From the NCBI GenBank assembly GCA_030950485.1, contig JAUZRK010000014.1, forward strand, positions 2,431 to 66,430: a DNA stretch of 64,000 nt. Direction: 5' to 3'. This document shows positions 42,556 to 52,948 of this stretch, in pieces (within the stretch, counting starts at the first letter, position 1; every line of letters begins with the position of its first letter). The stretch comes from Candidatus Dojkabacteria bacterium. Its GTDB lineage: Bacteria > Patescibacteriota > Dojkabacteria > J137. Position numbers and translations under genes: made by a program. The notes below the pieces were generated by a model. That model worked only from the letters and a program-made list of their open reading frames with translations, made no database searches and was not told where the DNA came from.

Positions 42556-45500
42556 TTGGCTGATTTTGTCCATCTACATGTCCATACGCAATACTCGCTC
42601 CTTGACGGAATGAATAAAGCCCATGACATGCTCCAGAAGGTGAAAGATAGTGGTATGGATTCAGTAGCAATCACTGATCATGGAGTACTATATGGATTAC
42701 CTGAGCTTTGGAAAGCTTCAAAAGACTACGGAGTTAAAACGATCTTCGGTTGTGAAATATATTTGTCTCCAAAAGAAATGGGACTAAGACAAGAAGTGGA
42801 TGGAATCAGATATTACCATTTGTTATTACTTGCAAAGAATAAAGAAGGTTATCAGAATCTAGTGAAGCTTGTAACAAAAAGTCACTTAGATGGAATGTAC
42901 TACAAACCCAGAATAGATCTTGAACTTTTAAAGAAATATTCAAAAGGACTAATTTGTAGCTCAGCGTGTTTAGCAGGACCAATTTCAAGACATATCGTTA
43001 GAGATGAGTTAGACAAAGCAGAATGGTGGTTAAAACAACTACATGGGATTTTCAAAGATGATTTCTACTTAGAAATTCAGAGAAACGGAATTACATGCGA
43101 AGATAAACAAAAAAAAGATGTTGAAACAAGAGTTGCAGAAAGCGAACTTCAAGAACATTTAGAAACAATAAAAGCCCAAATTAAAGTAAATAAACAACTA
43201 TATAAATACTCAGATCAATATAAAATCCCCGTGTTTGCGTCTACGGATGCACACTATTTAAATGATGAAGATAGGGAAGTTCAAAAAGTTCTATTTTGTA
43301 TTAGAGATGGTAGGAAATTAGATGATCCAAATGGGTTAAATGGATATTTAGAAACTTATATAAAAACACCTGAAGAGCTTCTAGCAGATTTTGCAGATAT
43401 GCCAGAAGTACTCGAAGAAACATTAAAAATAAATGAAAAGATTGAATCTATATCCTTAAAGCCTGATAGAGTTCAGCCTCAGTATTGGAACTTACCTAAA
43501 GATAGCACTGCAGAAGAAGAGCTGAGAAAACAAACCTATGAAGGAGCAATAAAAAAATTCGGAGAAGAAGTACCTGAGAACATAAATACTCTTAGTGATA
43601 ACGAAAAGAAAAAATATATCCCTGAAAGCGTTGTTAAACAGATAGATTATGAGCTAAGCGTGATAAAAGAGATGGGATATAATGATTACTTCCTTGTAGT
43701 TGGAGACATTATGCAGTTTGCTAGAAAGAGTGAGATTGTCGTTGGAGTAAGAGGATCTGCAGCAGGTTGTTTAGCTGCTTACTGTTTAGGTATTACAAAT
43801 GTAAACCCTATAACTTGGAGTTTAGTATTTGAAAGATTCTTAAATCTTGAAAGAGCATCGCCTCCAGATATAGATATGGATATTCAAGACGATAGACGAG
43901 AGGAACTTATTGATTATGCTAGAGAAAAATATGGAGAAGACGCTGTTGCTGGAATTATAACTTTTGGAAAGATGGCTACAAAAGCTGCAATTAGAGATGT
44001 AGCTAGGGTACTAGATATTGACCTTGCAATTGCAGATAAATTATCAAAAAAGGTAATAGTACTTTTTGGAAAACCTTACTCTTTTGACAAAATGATGGAT
44101 GAAGATCCTGAGTTTAAGGCTATGGTTGACAATAGTTCAGAGCTTCAGAGATTGGGTCAAATAGTCAAAAAAGTTGAAGGACTTAATAGACATACAGGTG
44201 TACACGCTGCGGGTTATCTTATAACACCTGGGCCTATAGATAATTATATGGCCTATCAAAGAGATTCAAAAGATCCCAAATTATTGGTAACTCAGATGGA
44301 CGGAAATTGGGTTGATAAACTTGACTACATGAAGTTTGATTTCTTAGGACTTCGAACTTTAACTATTATTAAAGATACAATACTATATGTCCGAGAAAGA
44401 CATGGTATTAATATTGATCTTGAAAAGGTAGTAGTTGATCCAGACGAAGATCCAAGTGATTACGATAAAAAAGCTTTTGAGGTATTTCAAAAAGGAGAAA
44501 CAATTGGAGTCTTCCAATTTGAAAGTCCTCCTATGCAAAAGTATTTGATGAAGCTTAAACCTAGAAGTCTTGGAGATATATGCTTTATGGCTGCGGCTTA
44601 TCGTCCCGGACCTATGCAATATATTGCAGATTATATTGATATTCGAAATGGTAAGAAAGATGCAAAATATGTAGTACCTGAACTGGAGCCTATATTGAAA
44701 CCGACTCTTGGATTTCCGGTATATCAGGAACAATTACTTCAAATTTGTATGAAACTTGGAGGATTCACCCTTGGAGAGGGAGATGTAATTCGTAATGCTT
44801 TAAAAAAGAAGCAGTTAGATATTTTAAAATCAAAGGAAGGCGATTTTAAGGAATATTTCCTTAAGAATTATGAATACGGACAAGACAAAGCAGATGAGAT
44901 CTGGGGACAGCTTGAACCTTTTGCGCAGTACGGATTCAACAAAGCACATGCTTCAGGATATGCTGTAGTTGCTTACTGGTGTGCTTACTTAAAAGGTAAT
45001 TATCCATTAGAATTTACTACAGCGTTAATGCATGCAGATCTTGGTAATACAGAGAGAATTGTTATCGACATTAAAGAAGCGAAAAGATTAGGTTTTGAAA
45101 TTCTGCCTCCCTCAATAAATCATTCATTTGTCTATTTCAAACCTGAAGGTGAAAATGGTATTAGATTTGGACTTGGTGGAATTAAAAATGTTGGTACTAA
45201 GGTTTGTGAAGCTATTATTAAGGAGCGTGAAGAGGGAGGTGAATTCTCTCATTTAGATGACTTTATAAAAAGGGTCGGCACTAAGAATCTTAATAAGCGA
45301 TCAGTTGAATGCTTAGTTAAAGTTGGAGCTATGGATACTTTTGGAGATAGAAATCAACTATTAGCTATCATTCCAGAAGTTTTTCAAAAATGTGAAAAAG
45401 ATGCGAGAGCTGAAGAAATTGGACAAACTGGATTTTTTATAAATTCATCCGAAGAACATGATTCTGTAGCAATTACAGATATGACTGTATTTCCAACTAA

Positions 45501-46119
45501 CATTACTGAAGCTACAGAAAGAGATAAAATGAATTGGGAAAGAGAGCTTGTTGGACTATATGTAACAGTACATCCAATGGAAAAATTTACTTGGACTGCG
45601 GTTTTACCAAATACCGTTCATTCTTCTGACATCGAATATTTAACCCATGGAACTCCTGTAAAATTAGTCGGAATGTTAAGTACTATTAAATATACTTTTA
45701 CAAAAAAAGATAACTCCAAAATGGCAATCGTTAGAATTGAAGATGCGATGGGGAATGCAGATGCTGTGATTTTTCCTAGAGCTTTTGAAAAATTAGAGCC
45801 AAAGGAACTTATCGCTGAAGGTAGACCCTTTATAATTGAAGGTAGTGTAAATGTTAGAGAAGATAGTAAATCAATAATAATAAATGATATTAAACCTGCT
45901 GGAGAATTAATGAGACCGACTAGAATTAAAGTAGATATTCGTAAGATTCATAATGAAGAAAAAATTAAAGAACTTAAAAGTTGTTTCAATTCAGAAGGAG
46001 AATTAGAAGTCGAAATTGTTTACGGTGGAAAAGGAAAAAATGCAAAGACTGCTATGATGAAGGCGGATTATAATGATGAGGCTTGTTTGAAGGTTTTGAG
46101 TGAGTGGGTGGTTATATAG
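42556..46119 (+). CDS. dnaE: DNA polymerase III alpha subunit
   Basis: HLHVHTQYSLLDG PHP motif, RGSAAG, PDIDMD, KFDFLGL, YGFNKAH and a C-terminal OB fold. Confidence 0.98.
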   Translation: MADFVHLHVHTQYSLLDGMNKAHDMLQKVKDSGMDSVAITDHGVLYGLPELWKASKDYGVKTIFGCEIYLSPKEMGLRQEVDGIRYYHLLLLAKNKEGYQNLVKLVTKSHLDGMYYKPRIDLELLKKYSKGLICSSACLAGPISRHIVRDELDKAEWWLKQLHGIFKDDFYLEIQRNGITCEDKQKKDVETRVAESELQEHLETIKAQIKVNKQLYKYSDQYKIPVFASTDAHYLNDEDREVQKVLFCIRDGRKLDDPNGLNGYLETYIKTPEELLADFADMPEVLEETLKINEKIESISLKPDRVQPQYWNLPKDSTAEEELRKQTYEGAIKKFGEEVPENINTLSDNEKKKYIPESVVKQIDYELSVIKEMGYNDYFLVVGDIMQFARKSEIVVGVRGSAAGCLAAYCLGITNVNPITWSLVFERFLNLERASPPDIDMDIQDDRREELIDYAREKYGEDAVAGIITFGKMATKAAIRDVARVLDIDLAIADKLSKKVIVLFGKPYSFDKMMDEDPEFKAMVDNSSELQRLGQIVKKVEGLNRHTGVHAAGYLITPGPIDNYMAYQRDSKDPKLLVTQMDGNWVDKLDYMKFDFLGLRTLTIIKDTILYVRERHGINIDLEKVVVDPDEDPSDYDKKAFEVFQKGETIGVFQFESPPMQKYLMKLKPRSLGDICFMAAAYRPGPMQYIADYIDIRNGKKDAKYVVPELEPILKPTLGFPVYQEQLLQICMKLGGFTLGEGDVIRNALKKKQLDILKSKEGDFKEYFLKNYEYGQDKADEIWGQLEPFAQYGFNKAHASGYAVVAYWCAYLKGNYPLEFTTALMHADLGNTERIVIDIKEAKRLGFEILPPSINHSFVYFKPEGENGIRFGLGGIKNVGTKVCEAIIKEREEGGEFSHLDDFIKRVGTKNLNKRSVECLVKVGAMDTFGDRNQLLAIIPEVFQKCEKDARAEEIGQTGFFINSSEEHDSVAITDMTVFPTNITEATERDKMNWERELVGLYVTVHPMEKFTWTAVLPNTVHSSDIEYLTHGTPVKLVGMLSTIKYTFTKKDNSKMAIVRIEDAMGNADAVIFPRAFEKLEPKELIAEGRPFIIEGSVNVREDSKSIIINDIKPAGELMRPTRIKVDIRKIHNEEKIKELKSCFNSEGELEVEIVYGGKGKNAKTAMMKADYNDEACLKVLSEWVVI

Positions 46120-46153
46120 TGGTTAGTTTTTAGTGGTTAGGGATTAGGTTGAT
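46117..46153 (+). repeat. heptamer array (TAGTGGT TAGTTTT TAGTGGT TAGGGAT)
   Basis: Same unit family as 2734-2800. Confidence 0.6.
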
Positions 46154-46173
46154 TAATGATGGTAACCAGGAAG

Positions 46174-46224
46174 ATTTTGAAAATGTAGGGGTGGGTTTCA
46201 AACCCACCCCTACATTTTCAAAAT
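46174..46224. repeat. perfect 25-bp inverted repeat with GTAG-REP-like core; probable bidirectional terminator
   Basis: ATTTTGAAAATGTAGGGGTGGGTTT-C-AAACCCACCCCTACATTTTCAAAAT; it overlaps the ppa stop codon. Confidence 0.88.
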
Positions 46225-46799
46225 GCATCCTTAAACTTCTCATTGTATCTTTCAACACACTCTTCAATAATCTCCATTGCCTTTTTAACATCATGGAAAC
46301 CTAAAACTTTACAAGTTCCTGGCTTCTTTAGATCTTTATAATGTTCCCAGTAATATCTTGTTTCTGTTTCCCAATGTTCCCCTAATTGTTTGTAATCATT
46401 GATATGATTAACTCTTTTATCATCACTTAAAACAGCAATTACTTTATCATCTCTCTCTCCCCCATCTTCAAAAGTAATTAATCCTATAATTCTTGCTTCA
46501 GCTACAGATCCTGGGATTAATGGTTCAGTAACGTTAACTATTTCTATATCCAAAGGATCACCATCATCATCCCAAGTCATTGGAATAGCGCCATAAGCAA
46601 ATGGATAAGATAAAGAGGAGTAACCTACTCTATCTAGTTTTAAATGACCTGTCTCATTTATAAACTCATATTTGTTTATAGTATGAGAGTTAATCTCAAT
46701 TGCACAATTCAAAATCATTTCATCCTTATCAGCGAATGTTGGTAGAGTATGAATTAAATTTGGCATTGTCTTTGAATGCTTAATATTTAAATCAGCCAT
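46218..46799 (-). CDS. ppa: family I inorganic pyrophosphatase
   Basis: KYE, LDR, YPFAYG, DGDPLD, DDKVIAV and YKDL motifs. Confidence 0.95.
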   Translation of the reverse strand: MADLNIKHSKTMPNLIHTLPTFADKDEMILNCAIEINSHTINKYEFINETGHLKLDRVGYSSLSYPFAYGAIPMTWDDDGDPLDIEIVNVTEPLIPGSVAEARIIGLITFEDGGERDDKVIAVLSDDKRVNHINDYKQLGEHWETETRYYWEHYKDLKKPGTCKVLGFHDVKKAMEIIEECVERYNEKFKDAF

Positions 46800-46885
46800 T
46801 ACTAAATTTATAAGAAATTAAAATACTTTGTTGTAAGCTTAATGCACAGAAAGTATACTATAAAGAAGTAAAACTTAGAAGATTG

Positions 46886-47491
46886 ATGAATTTTAAATTG
46901 AAACATACGATTATAATTATTTTAGGGCTACTAGCAATAAACTTGCTTGTACTTATAGTGTTTCTATTAGTTAAGAATAGTGATATCGGAGATGATGTAT
47001 TTCAGAAAAAAGGAGAAGTTAATACTGAAATATATAGTGAAGAGAATTACGATAATGCTCTAATAAAAGAATATCCTTTAAATGAATACTTAAACTTCGA
47101 CTATACTAAATTTTATATTGTTCATAGCGGAAATATTATCGTTGGTATTGAAGGAACAAGTTTAAAATTTAAATCAGAAGATCAAATAGAAATTAGCTCT
47201 GGTACTGTTTATATTGAGACAACTTCACCTGGATTCACTATTGTAACTAAATTTGGAACTATATCTCTAAGAGATGAAACTTCTATAGTACTAGACCTTA
47301 TTGAAAACAAATTGGTAACAATACAAGGTGAGGCTCAATTTAGAGATAAGCTAATTCCAGCTGGTAGAATTGATAAAATTGATATTGCTGAATATGAAGT
47401 AAGAGACATTGGAAAAGTTAGTAACTTAAGAAATGATCAAATATTTAGTTTATTAGGTTTTCTTGAGGTATTAAAAATTGATATTGATTAG
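46886..47491 (+). CDS. membrane-anchored protein, possibly FecR-like
   Basis: N-terminal TM; ISSGTVYI..IVTKFGTI..IQGEA segments. Confidence 0.55.
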   Translation: MNFKLKHTIIIILGLLAINLLVLIVFLLVKNSDIGDDVFQKKGEVNTEIYSEENYDNALIKEYPLNEYLNFDYTKFYIVHSGNIIVGIEGTSLKFKSEDQIEISSGTVYIETTSPGFTIVTKFGTISLRDETSIVLDLIENKLVTIQGEAQFRDKLIPAGRIDKIDIAEYEVRDIGKVSNLRNDQIFSLLGFLEVLKIDID

Positions 47492-47572
47492 GATACTACA
47501 TATGTAGTATATTAATAAAGTCATGCTAGAATATCTAGTGTTCAGAAATAATTTAATTATTAGTATTTATAT

Positions 47573-48313
47573 ATGTTGAATAAAATCCCAGCCTGGGTAT
47601 ATATAGCTGCAGTAGCTATTATCGGAGGAATATTAATTATTGCCTTAGCAGCAACAAAAGAAGATTCATTAACTTTAGCAGAAGAAGATTCTGTAGCAAT
47701 TGCTGAAGAATTAAATTTAGATATAGATAAATTTAAAGAAGATATGGCTAGCTCTGAAATAAGCGATTATGTAGAGAGCGAAAAAGCAAGAGGAGAAGAG
47801 AGAGGTGTTACAGGAACACCTGCAATTTTTATAAATGGGGAAACTTACGAAGGAACTCGAAGTTATGAAGCAATTAGTTCTCAGTTAGAGAATCTTTTAG
47901 ATAACCCTATAAATGATGAGAAGCCAACTTTTGAGGTATATGCTGATTTCAATTGTCCTAATTGTGCAGCATTTGATCCTCTAAGGTTATTTTTATCAGA
48001 CAATTATGGTGATAGAGTAGAATTTATAAGCTTACCTTACCCGTTCTTAAGAGATTCTTCTTTTGGATATGCTAGGGCATTTGAAGCTGCGAAAAACCAA
48101 GGAGCAGGAGATATGTTTGAAAAAGCTTTATACTCAAAATTATTCCCTGACAGGGCTGACTATGACTCATTTAGTTTAGATGATGAAGTAGACACGACTA
48201 ATGTTGAAGATAATGAAGGCGTTGTTACAAACGAAGTTCCAGTACCAGGTTTTGAAGGTGTTGAGGAAACAGTTGTTAATACAGACTCAAATTCAGTAAA
48301 AGTTACTGAATAA
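47573..48313 (+). CDS. DsbA/BdbD-like thiol-disulfide oxidoreductase, circularly permuted
   Basis: GVTGTPAIFING precedes YADFNCPNC; N-terminal TM. Confidence 0.85.
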   Translation: MLNKIPAWVYIAAVAIIGGILIIALAATKEDSLTLAEEDSVAIAEELNLDIDKFKEDMASSEISDYVESEKARGEERGVTGTPAIFINGETYEGTRSYEAISSQLENLLDNPINDEKPTFEVYADFNCPNCAAFDPLRLFLSDNYGDRVEFISLPYPFLRDSSFGYARAFEAAKNQGAGDMFEKALYSKLFPDRADYDSFSLDDEVDTTNVEDNEGVVTNEVPVPGFEGVEETVVNTDSNSVKVTE

Positions 48314-48332
48314 TAAGTATTTTTCAATCTTT

Positions 48333-48363
48333 AAAGTGACCGCTGTTCAGCGGTCACTTTTTT
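48333..48363 (+). terminator. intrinsic terminator
   Basis: AAAGTGACCGCTG-TT-CAGCGGTCACTTTTTT. Confidence 0.85.
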
Positions 48364-48395
48364 GTTATAATAGCTTTGAATAAATTAAAATATAT

Positions 48396-49139
48396 ATGCG
48401 AAGATTTAGATTCTATAACGAAAGACAAAACTTAAAAATAGGATCAAGTGTACTTATAACTAAAGATGAGGCTGAACATATACGAAAATCACTTAGACTA
48501 ACTAAAGGTGATACTATCTATATATTTAATGGCGAAAAAGAGTTCAAAGCAGAACTCACTAGATCAAGAAACAATTTAACTATGGCAAAAATAATTGAAG
48601 AATATAAAGAAACTAAAGCCTATCAAGCTAATTTAACTGTTTTCCTTGCTTTAAGTAAAGCAACTAGTTTTGAATATTCATTAGCAAAGCTAACTGAAGT
48701 AGGAGCTAATAAGATAATTCCTGTAAAAACTGAATACAGTATAGTTAATCTTGAAAACAAAGTAGATAAGAAATTGGTCAGATGGCAGAAGATTTTAACT
48801 GAAGCAAGTAAGCAATCAGAAAGAATTGATGTTCCAGTAATAACAAAGCCTATAGAATTTAAAGATATTGAAAAAGAAAACCTTGCAGAATATAGCTCTA
48901 CTCTATTTTTCACTACTAAAGAGGAAGAATATAGCGAACTAAATGATGTTAAATTAGGCGAAGATATTGCTATTTTTATTGGTCCAGAGGGGGGATTCTC
49001 ACCTAATGAGAAGAAGCATGCAAAGGAAAACCTAAATTTAGAGTCTGTAAGTTTAGGATCTAATATCCTTAAATCTGATACTGCAGCTGTTCTAGCTTCT
49101 GGTTTAGTACTTTATCTTTCTGGACTTGTTGCACACTGA
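48396..49139 (+). CDS. rsmE: 16S rRNA m3U1498 methyltransferase
   Basis: HIRKSLRL, KLTEVG, EASKQSER, IGPEGGFS and LGSNILKSDTA motifs. Confidence 0.94.
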   Translation: MRRFRFYNERQNLKIGSSVLITKDEAEHIRKSLRLTKGDTIYIFNGEKEFKAELTRSRNNLTMAKIIEEYKETKAYQANLTVFLALSKATSFEYSLAKLTEVGANKIIPVKTEYSIVNLENKVDKKLVRWQKILTEASKQSERIDVPVITKPIEFKDIEKENLAEYSSTLFFTTKEEEYSELNDVKLGEDIAIFIGPEGGFSPNEKKHAKENLNLESVSLGSNILKSDTAAVLASGLVLYLSGLVAH

Positions 49140-49145
49140 GATAAA

Positions 49146-51293
49146 TTAGTCTTTCCTAAGTAAACTAGCCCTCATCAATCGTATTTCATTATAACTATAA
49201 TTATCTCCTAAAAATTCCTTTATCGGAGCTAGTTTCTGCTTACCGATTTTTTTACATGCATCTAAAATCTTTTTTTGTTTGTCTTTTGGGACCAGTTTGA
49301 ATATATCAATATCCTCACCTCCTAAATATGCCTTTTCTAAATGAGAAATTACTGTAAAAACTTTAATTCCTCTATTCTCTACTATCTCTTCTGGACTTAG
49401 TCCTTTATAGAATAAAGAAGCAGTTTCATCAATTGTAGCTGATCTAGAGATACCTCTAGTCCTTTTTTGCTTTATTGGTATTGGAACTGATCTAACATCA
49501 TTCTCTTCACAATAAAGTTTTATTTCCTTAATAAAATCTTTACCGTAATCATCAAATTTCTTTTGTCCTACTCCTTTTATACGTTTAAATTCTATTCGCT
49601 TTTGAGGAAAGTATTGAGCCATTTCTTTAAGAGAGCTGTCCTGAAAGATAAGATATGGTGGAACATCTTCTCTGTCTGCTATCTTTTTTCTTATAACTCT
49701 TAGTCTATCAAATAAATTTGTATCAACTTCACCATCTAATAAATCTCTTTTTAATGTCATTTGTTGTCTAATTTTATGTAAAACTACTTGTTCACCTCCT
49801 TTTAAAACTAATGATGCTTTTTGAGAAAGTCTTAGAACAGGATATTTATCCTGACTTAAAAGTAAATATCCTTGTTGGATAAGTTCTTTTATATATAACT
49901 GTAAATCCCTAACATTAATATCTGTAATGATCTTATACGTTGAAAGCTCATCATGAGCTAATTCTTTGATTTTCTTTGATTTAGAACCTGTAAGAATTTT
50001 TGCTGTATGTGTAACTCCAAATCTTTGATCTAATTTATAAACACAGGACAATACTTTTTGGGCAAGCTCAGTACCGTCAAAATCTTTTAATGGATCGATA
50101 CAATTATCACAAGCTTTACAATTACCTTTACTATATTTTTCATCAAAATACTCTAGTAGAGCGTGCCTTCTACAAACAGAGCTTTCAGCAAAATTTAGAA
50201 GCATTCTTAGCTGGAATCTCGCAACTTCTACTTCACTCTCATCTTCCATTTGTAAAATAAAATATTCAATTTTTGCTTTATCTCCATAACCAAAAAATAA
50301 AATACAATCACTTACCAGACCATCTCTTCCTGCTCTACCTGTTTGTTGATAATATTGTTCTATGCTCTGTGGAAGATCATAGTGAATCACATATCTAACG
50401 TCAGGTTTATTTATACCCATTCCGAAAGCAGTAGTAGCAATAATAATATCTACATCATCTCTAATAAACTTCTCTTGATTAGATTCACGTTCATCACTGC
50501 TTAAACCGGCATGATAAGGTAAAGCCTTAAATCCGTCTACTTTCAATGATTCTGTTAATTCATCTACTTGTTTTCTACTAAAACAATATATTATTCCTGA
50601 TTCTCCCTGTTTACTATTTATAAATTCTAATAGTTGAGCATATACCTGAACTTTTGGTTTAATATAGTACTTTAAATTTGGTCTATCAAAGCTAGTTGTA
50701 TATGAATTATTTTCTTTAAAGCTTAGTTGATTAACTATGTCTTTCCTTACTCTTTTAGTTGCAGTAGCAGTTAAAGCAATAATTGGAACATTTGGAAAAA
50801 TAGAACGTAAAACACTTAGTTTTCTATATTCTGGTCTAAATTCATGTCCCCATTGGGAAATACAGTGAGCCTCATCAATAGCAAACAAGCTGATATTTAA
50901 TTTTTTTATAAATTCTAAAAAATCTTCTTGAAGTAATCTCTCAGGTGCTAAATAAAGTATAGATATTTCATTAGATCGAAGCTTTTTAAAGATAGTAGAT
51001 CTTTCCTCATCTGAAAGCGTACTATTTTAAAATGCCTCCTTTACCCCATTCTGAAGAAGACTATCTGTCTGGTCTTTCATTAATGAGATTAGAGGAGAGA
51101 CTACTATTGTTAACCCATCCTGAACTATTGCGGGTATTTGGTAACAAAGTGATTTTCCACCTCCAGTTGGCATTAATACAAATGTATCCTTTTTGTCTAA
51201 TACATCATTTATAATTTCTTCCTGTGAAGGTCTAAATTCAGTATAGCCAAAGTACTTTTCTAAAGTTTTATAAATATCTTCTGTTGTTGACAT
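49146..51293 (-). pseudogene. recQ: ATP-dependent DNA helicase RecQ with an in-frame TAA at 51027
   Basis: [12 protein letters not shown] ... EAF*NSTLS ... APERL, DEAHCISQWGHEFRP, RQC and HRDC domains, all in a single frame. Confidence 0.92.
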
Positions 51294-51469
51294 ATAATCA
51301 GGCTCTGTTAAAAAATCAATTTTAAATTGACAGGTAAGCTTTAACTTAAATTCTACTATCTTTTAATTAATTTAGCAGGTTAACGATATAAGCTCGTAAG
51401 AAATTTGAAAGAATATAAAGTCTAATTTTGTATGAATTTTTATTTCTTATTCATACAATATCATAAACG

Positions 51470-52177
51470 CTATCTTAATGCTTGAATACCTAAGTTAGGA
51501 TCATTAATGATTACATAATCTATTCCTATAGAAGCTAGTTCTTGCAGCCTCTCTAAGCTAGTCTCTCCGGCAGTCCTTGGCTCTCTAGTACCAGTAGTAA
51601 CAATTACTTTACCGTTTAACTGATGAATTCCTTCAACTCTACTTTTGGTGACATGTTTATCCCATAGTCTATAGAAGCTGCCCCTATATTTTAAAAAATC
51701 TATATAACCATCTGGATCTTGATCTAAACCTACTATTTCTACTTTTGAATGATTCTTAATAAGATGATTTATTAATTTTTCTTCTCTTGCTCCGACCAAA
51801 ACTCTCGAATTATCAATTTATTTTAATTTAACAATTTCAAGCGCTTTATCTACTAGACCAAGGCTATCTTGCTTTAAATCAAACATAAGTTTACCTTTAA
51901 ATGTATTTATTTTTTCTATTATATCTTCAAACCTAGAAATCAAAATATCTCCATTCTCATCTATTAGGTCCTTAAATGATTCATAATTTAAATTTTCAAC
52001 ATCTACTCCATATTTTTCCCTAGCAGTTTTAGAATGAGTACATAGAACGATCCCGTCACTACTTAAGCAAAGGTCTATTTCTAAAACATCCGGTAATAAT
52101 TTTATTGCTTCAAGATATGATCTTAAAGTATTCTCCTTATATTTTGCTGAATAACCTCCATGAGCTATTATTTTCAT
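51470..52177 (-). pseudogene. glycerophosphodiester phosphodiesterase (GDPD) with an in-frame TAA at 51818
   Basis: IIAHGG..ENTL, EIDL and GIDYVIINDP motifs; the two ORFs share a frame (KLK*IDNSRVLVG). Confidence 0.82.
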
Positions 52178-52683
52178 TTAGTATATTCTAAAATTTTAGC
52201 CATTCTTATTTCATCCATATATAAACCATTTATCAAATATACATCTTTACTCCTTCCCTCTTCAATAAAACCCATTTTTTCGTATAAATGCCTTCCTACT
52301 TTGTTACCTTCCATAAAAATAAGTTCAAGTCTATGCAATTTCTTTTCTCTTGCCCAATTCTCCATTTCAATAAATAATTGTTTTCCTAACCCTTTACCTC
52401 GATATTCTCTTAGTAACCCTAGAACTATAAAAGTTTTATGTTTAATTTTTTTTAGGTAACTACCCTGTGCTTCTAAAAATCCTACTAAGTTACCTTCATC
52501 TTCCACTACAAAAATATTAGAATTTGCTCTATTTAAATAGTTAAAGATGATGTTTCTTTGTCCTTCAACAGTTGTAGCTCTTTCTCCCTTTTCATAAAGC
52601 ATAAACTCTGAATCAGTATCTACGGCATTTCTTAATGATAGATATTCCTCTGCGTCTTTTAGTGTTATTTGTCTTATTTGCAT
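52174..52683 (-). CDS. GNAT family N-acetyltransferase
   Basis: EYRGKGLGKQL and N..GRHLYEKMGF motifs. Confidence 0.92.
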   Translation of the reverse strand: MQIRQITLKDAEEYLSLRNAVDTDSEFMLYEKGERATTVEGQRNIIFNYLNRANSNIFVVEDEGNLVGFLEAQGSYLKKIKHKTFIVLGLLREYRGKGLGKQLFIEMENWAREKKLHRLELIFMEGNKVGRHLYEKMGFIEEGRSKDVYLINGLYMDEIRMAKILEYTK

Positions 52684-52833
52684 GTATAAGTAGTAATTAT
52701 TAATTCATAGTAACTTGTAGTAATTTAAGTTAAGAGCGTATACTTTCGTGCTATCGATAAAGAGATTCATATTAATAATATTTCACATTCTTACTTTAAT
52801 TTTTTGCTTTTATCTTTTTATTTTTCTTTTTAC

Positions 52834-52889
52834 CTCATCTCGATACATTTTTCTCGCTCCACTCAAAAAAACACTCGATACTGCACTTT
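52834..52889 (-). repeat. ~55-bp dispersed REP-like repeat, copy A
   Basis: Near-identical to the reverse complement of 58804-58858. Confidence 0.88.
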
Positions 52890-52948
52890 TTTATTTTGGC
52901 ATGAGCTTAATATTTAAAACTCACAACCTGCCTTTTTACTTTTTACTT

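Noticed and set aside
7668..51820. Stop-codon reassignment (code 25 TGA=Gly, code 4 TGA=Trp, or TAG/TAA recoding) as the explanation for the in-frame stops
   Set aside because: All three stop types occur as interruptions, and all three also end intact genes (ppa and rsmE TGA, mutS and dnaE TAG, ychF TAA). Long core genes contain none internally, and the tRNA-Gly anticodon is TCC, not TCA.
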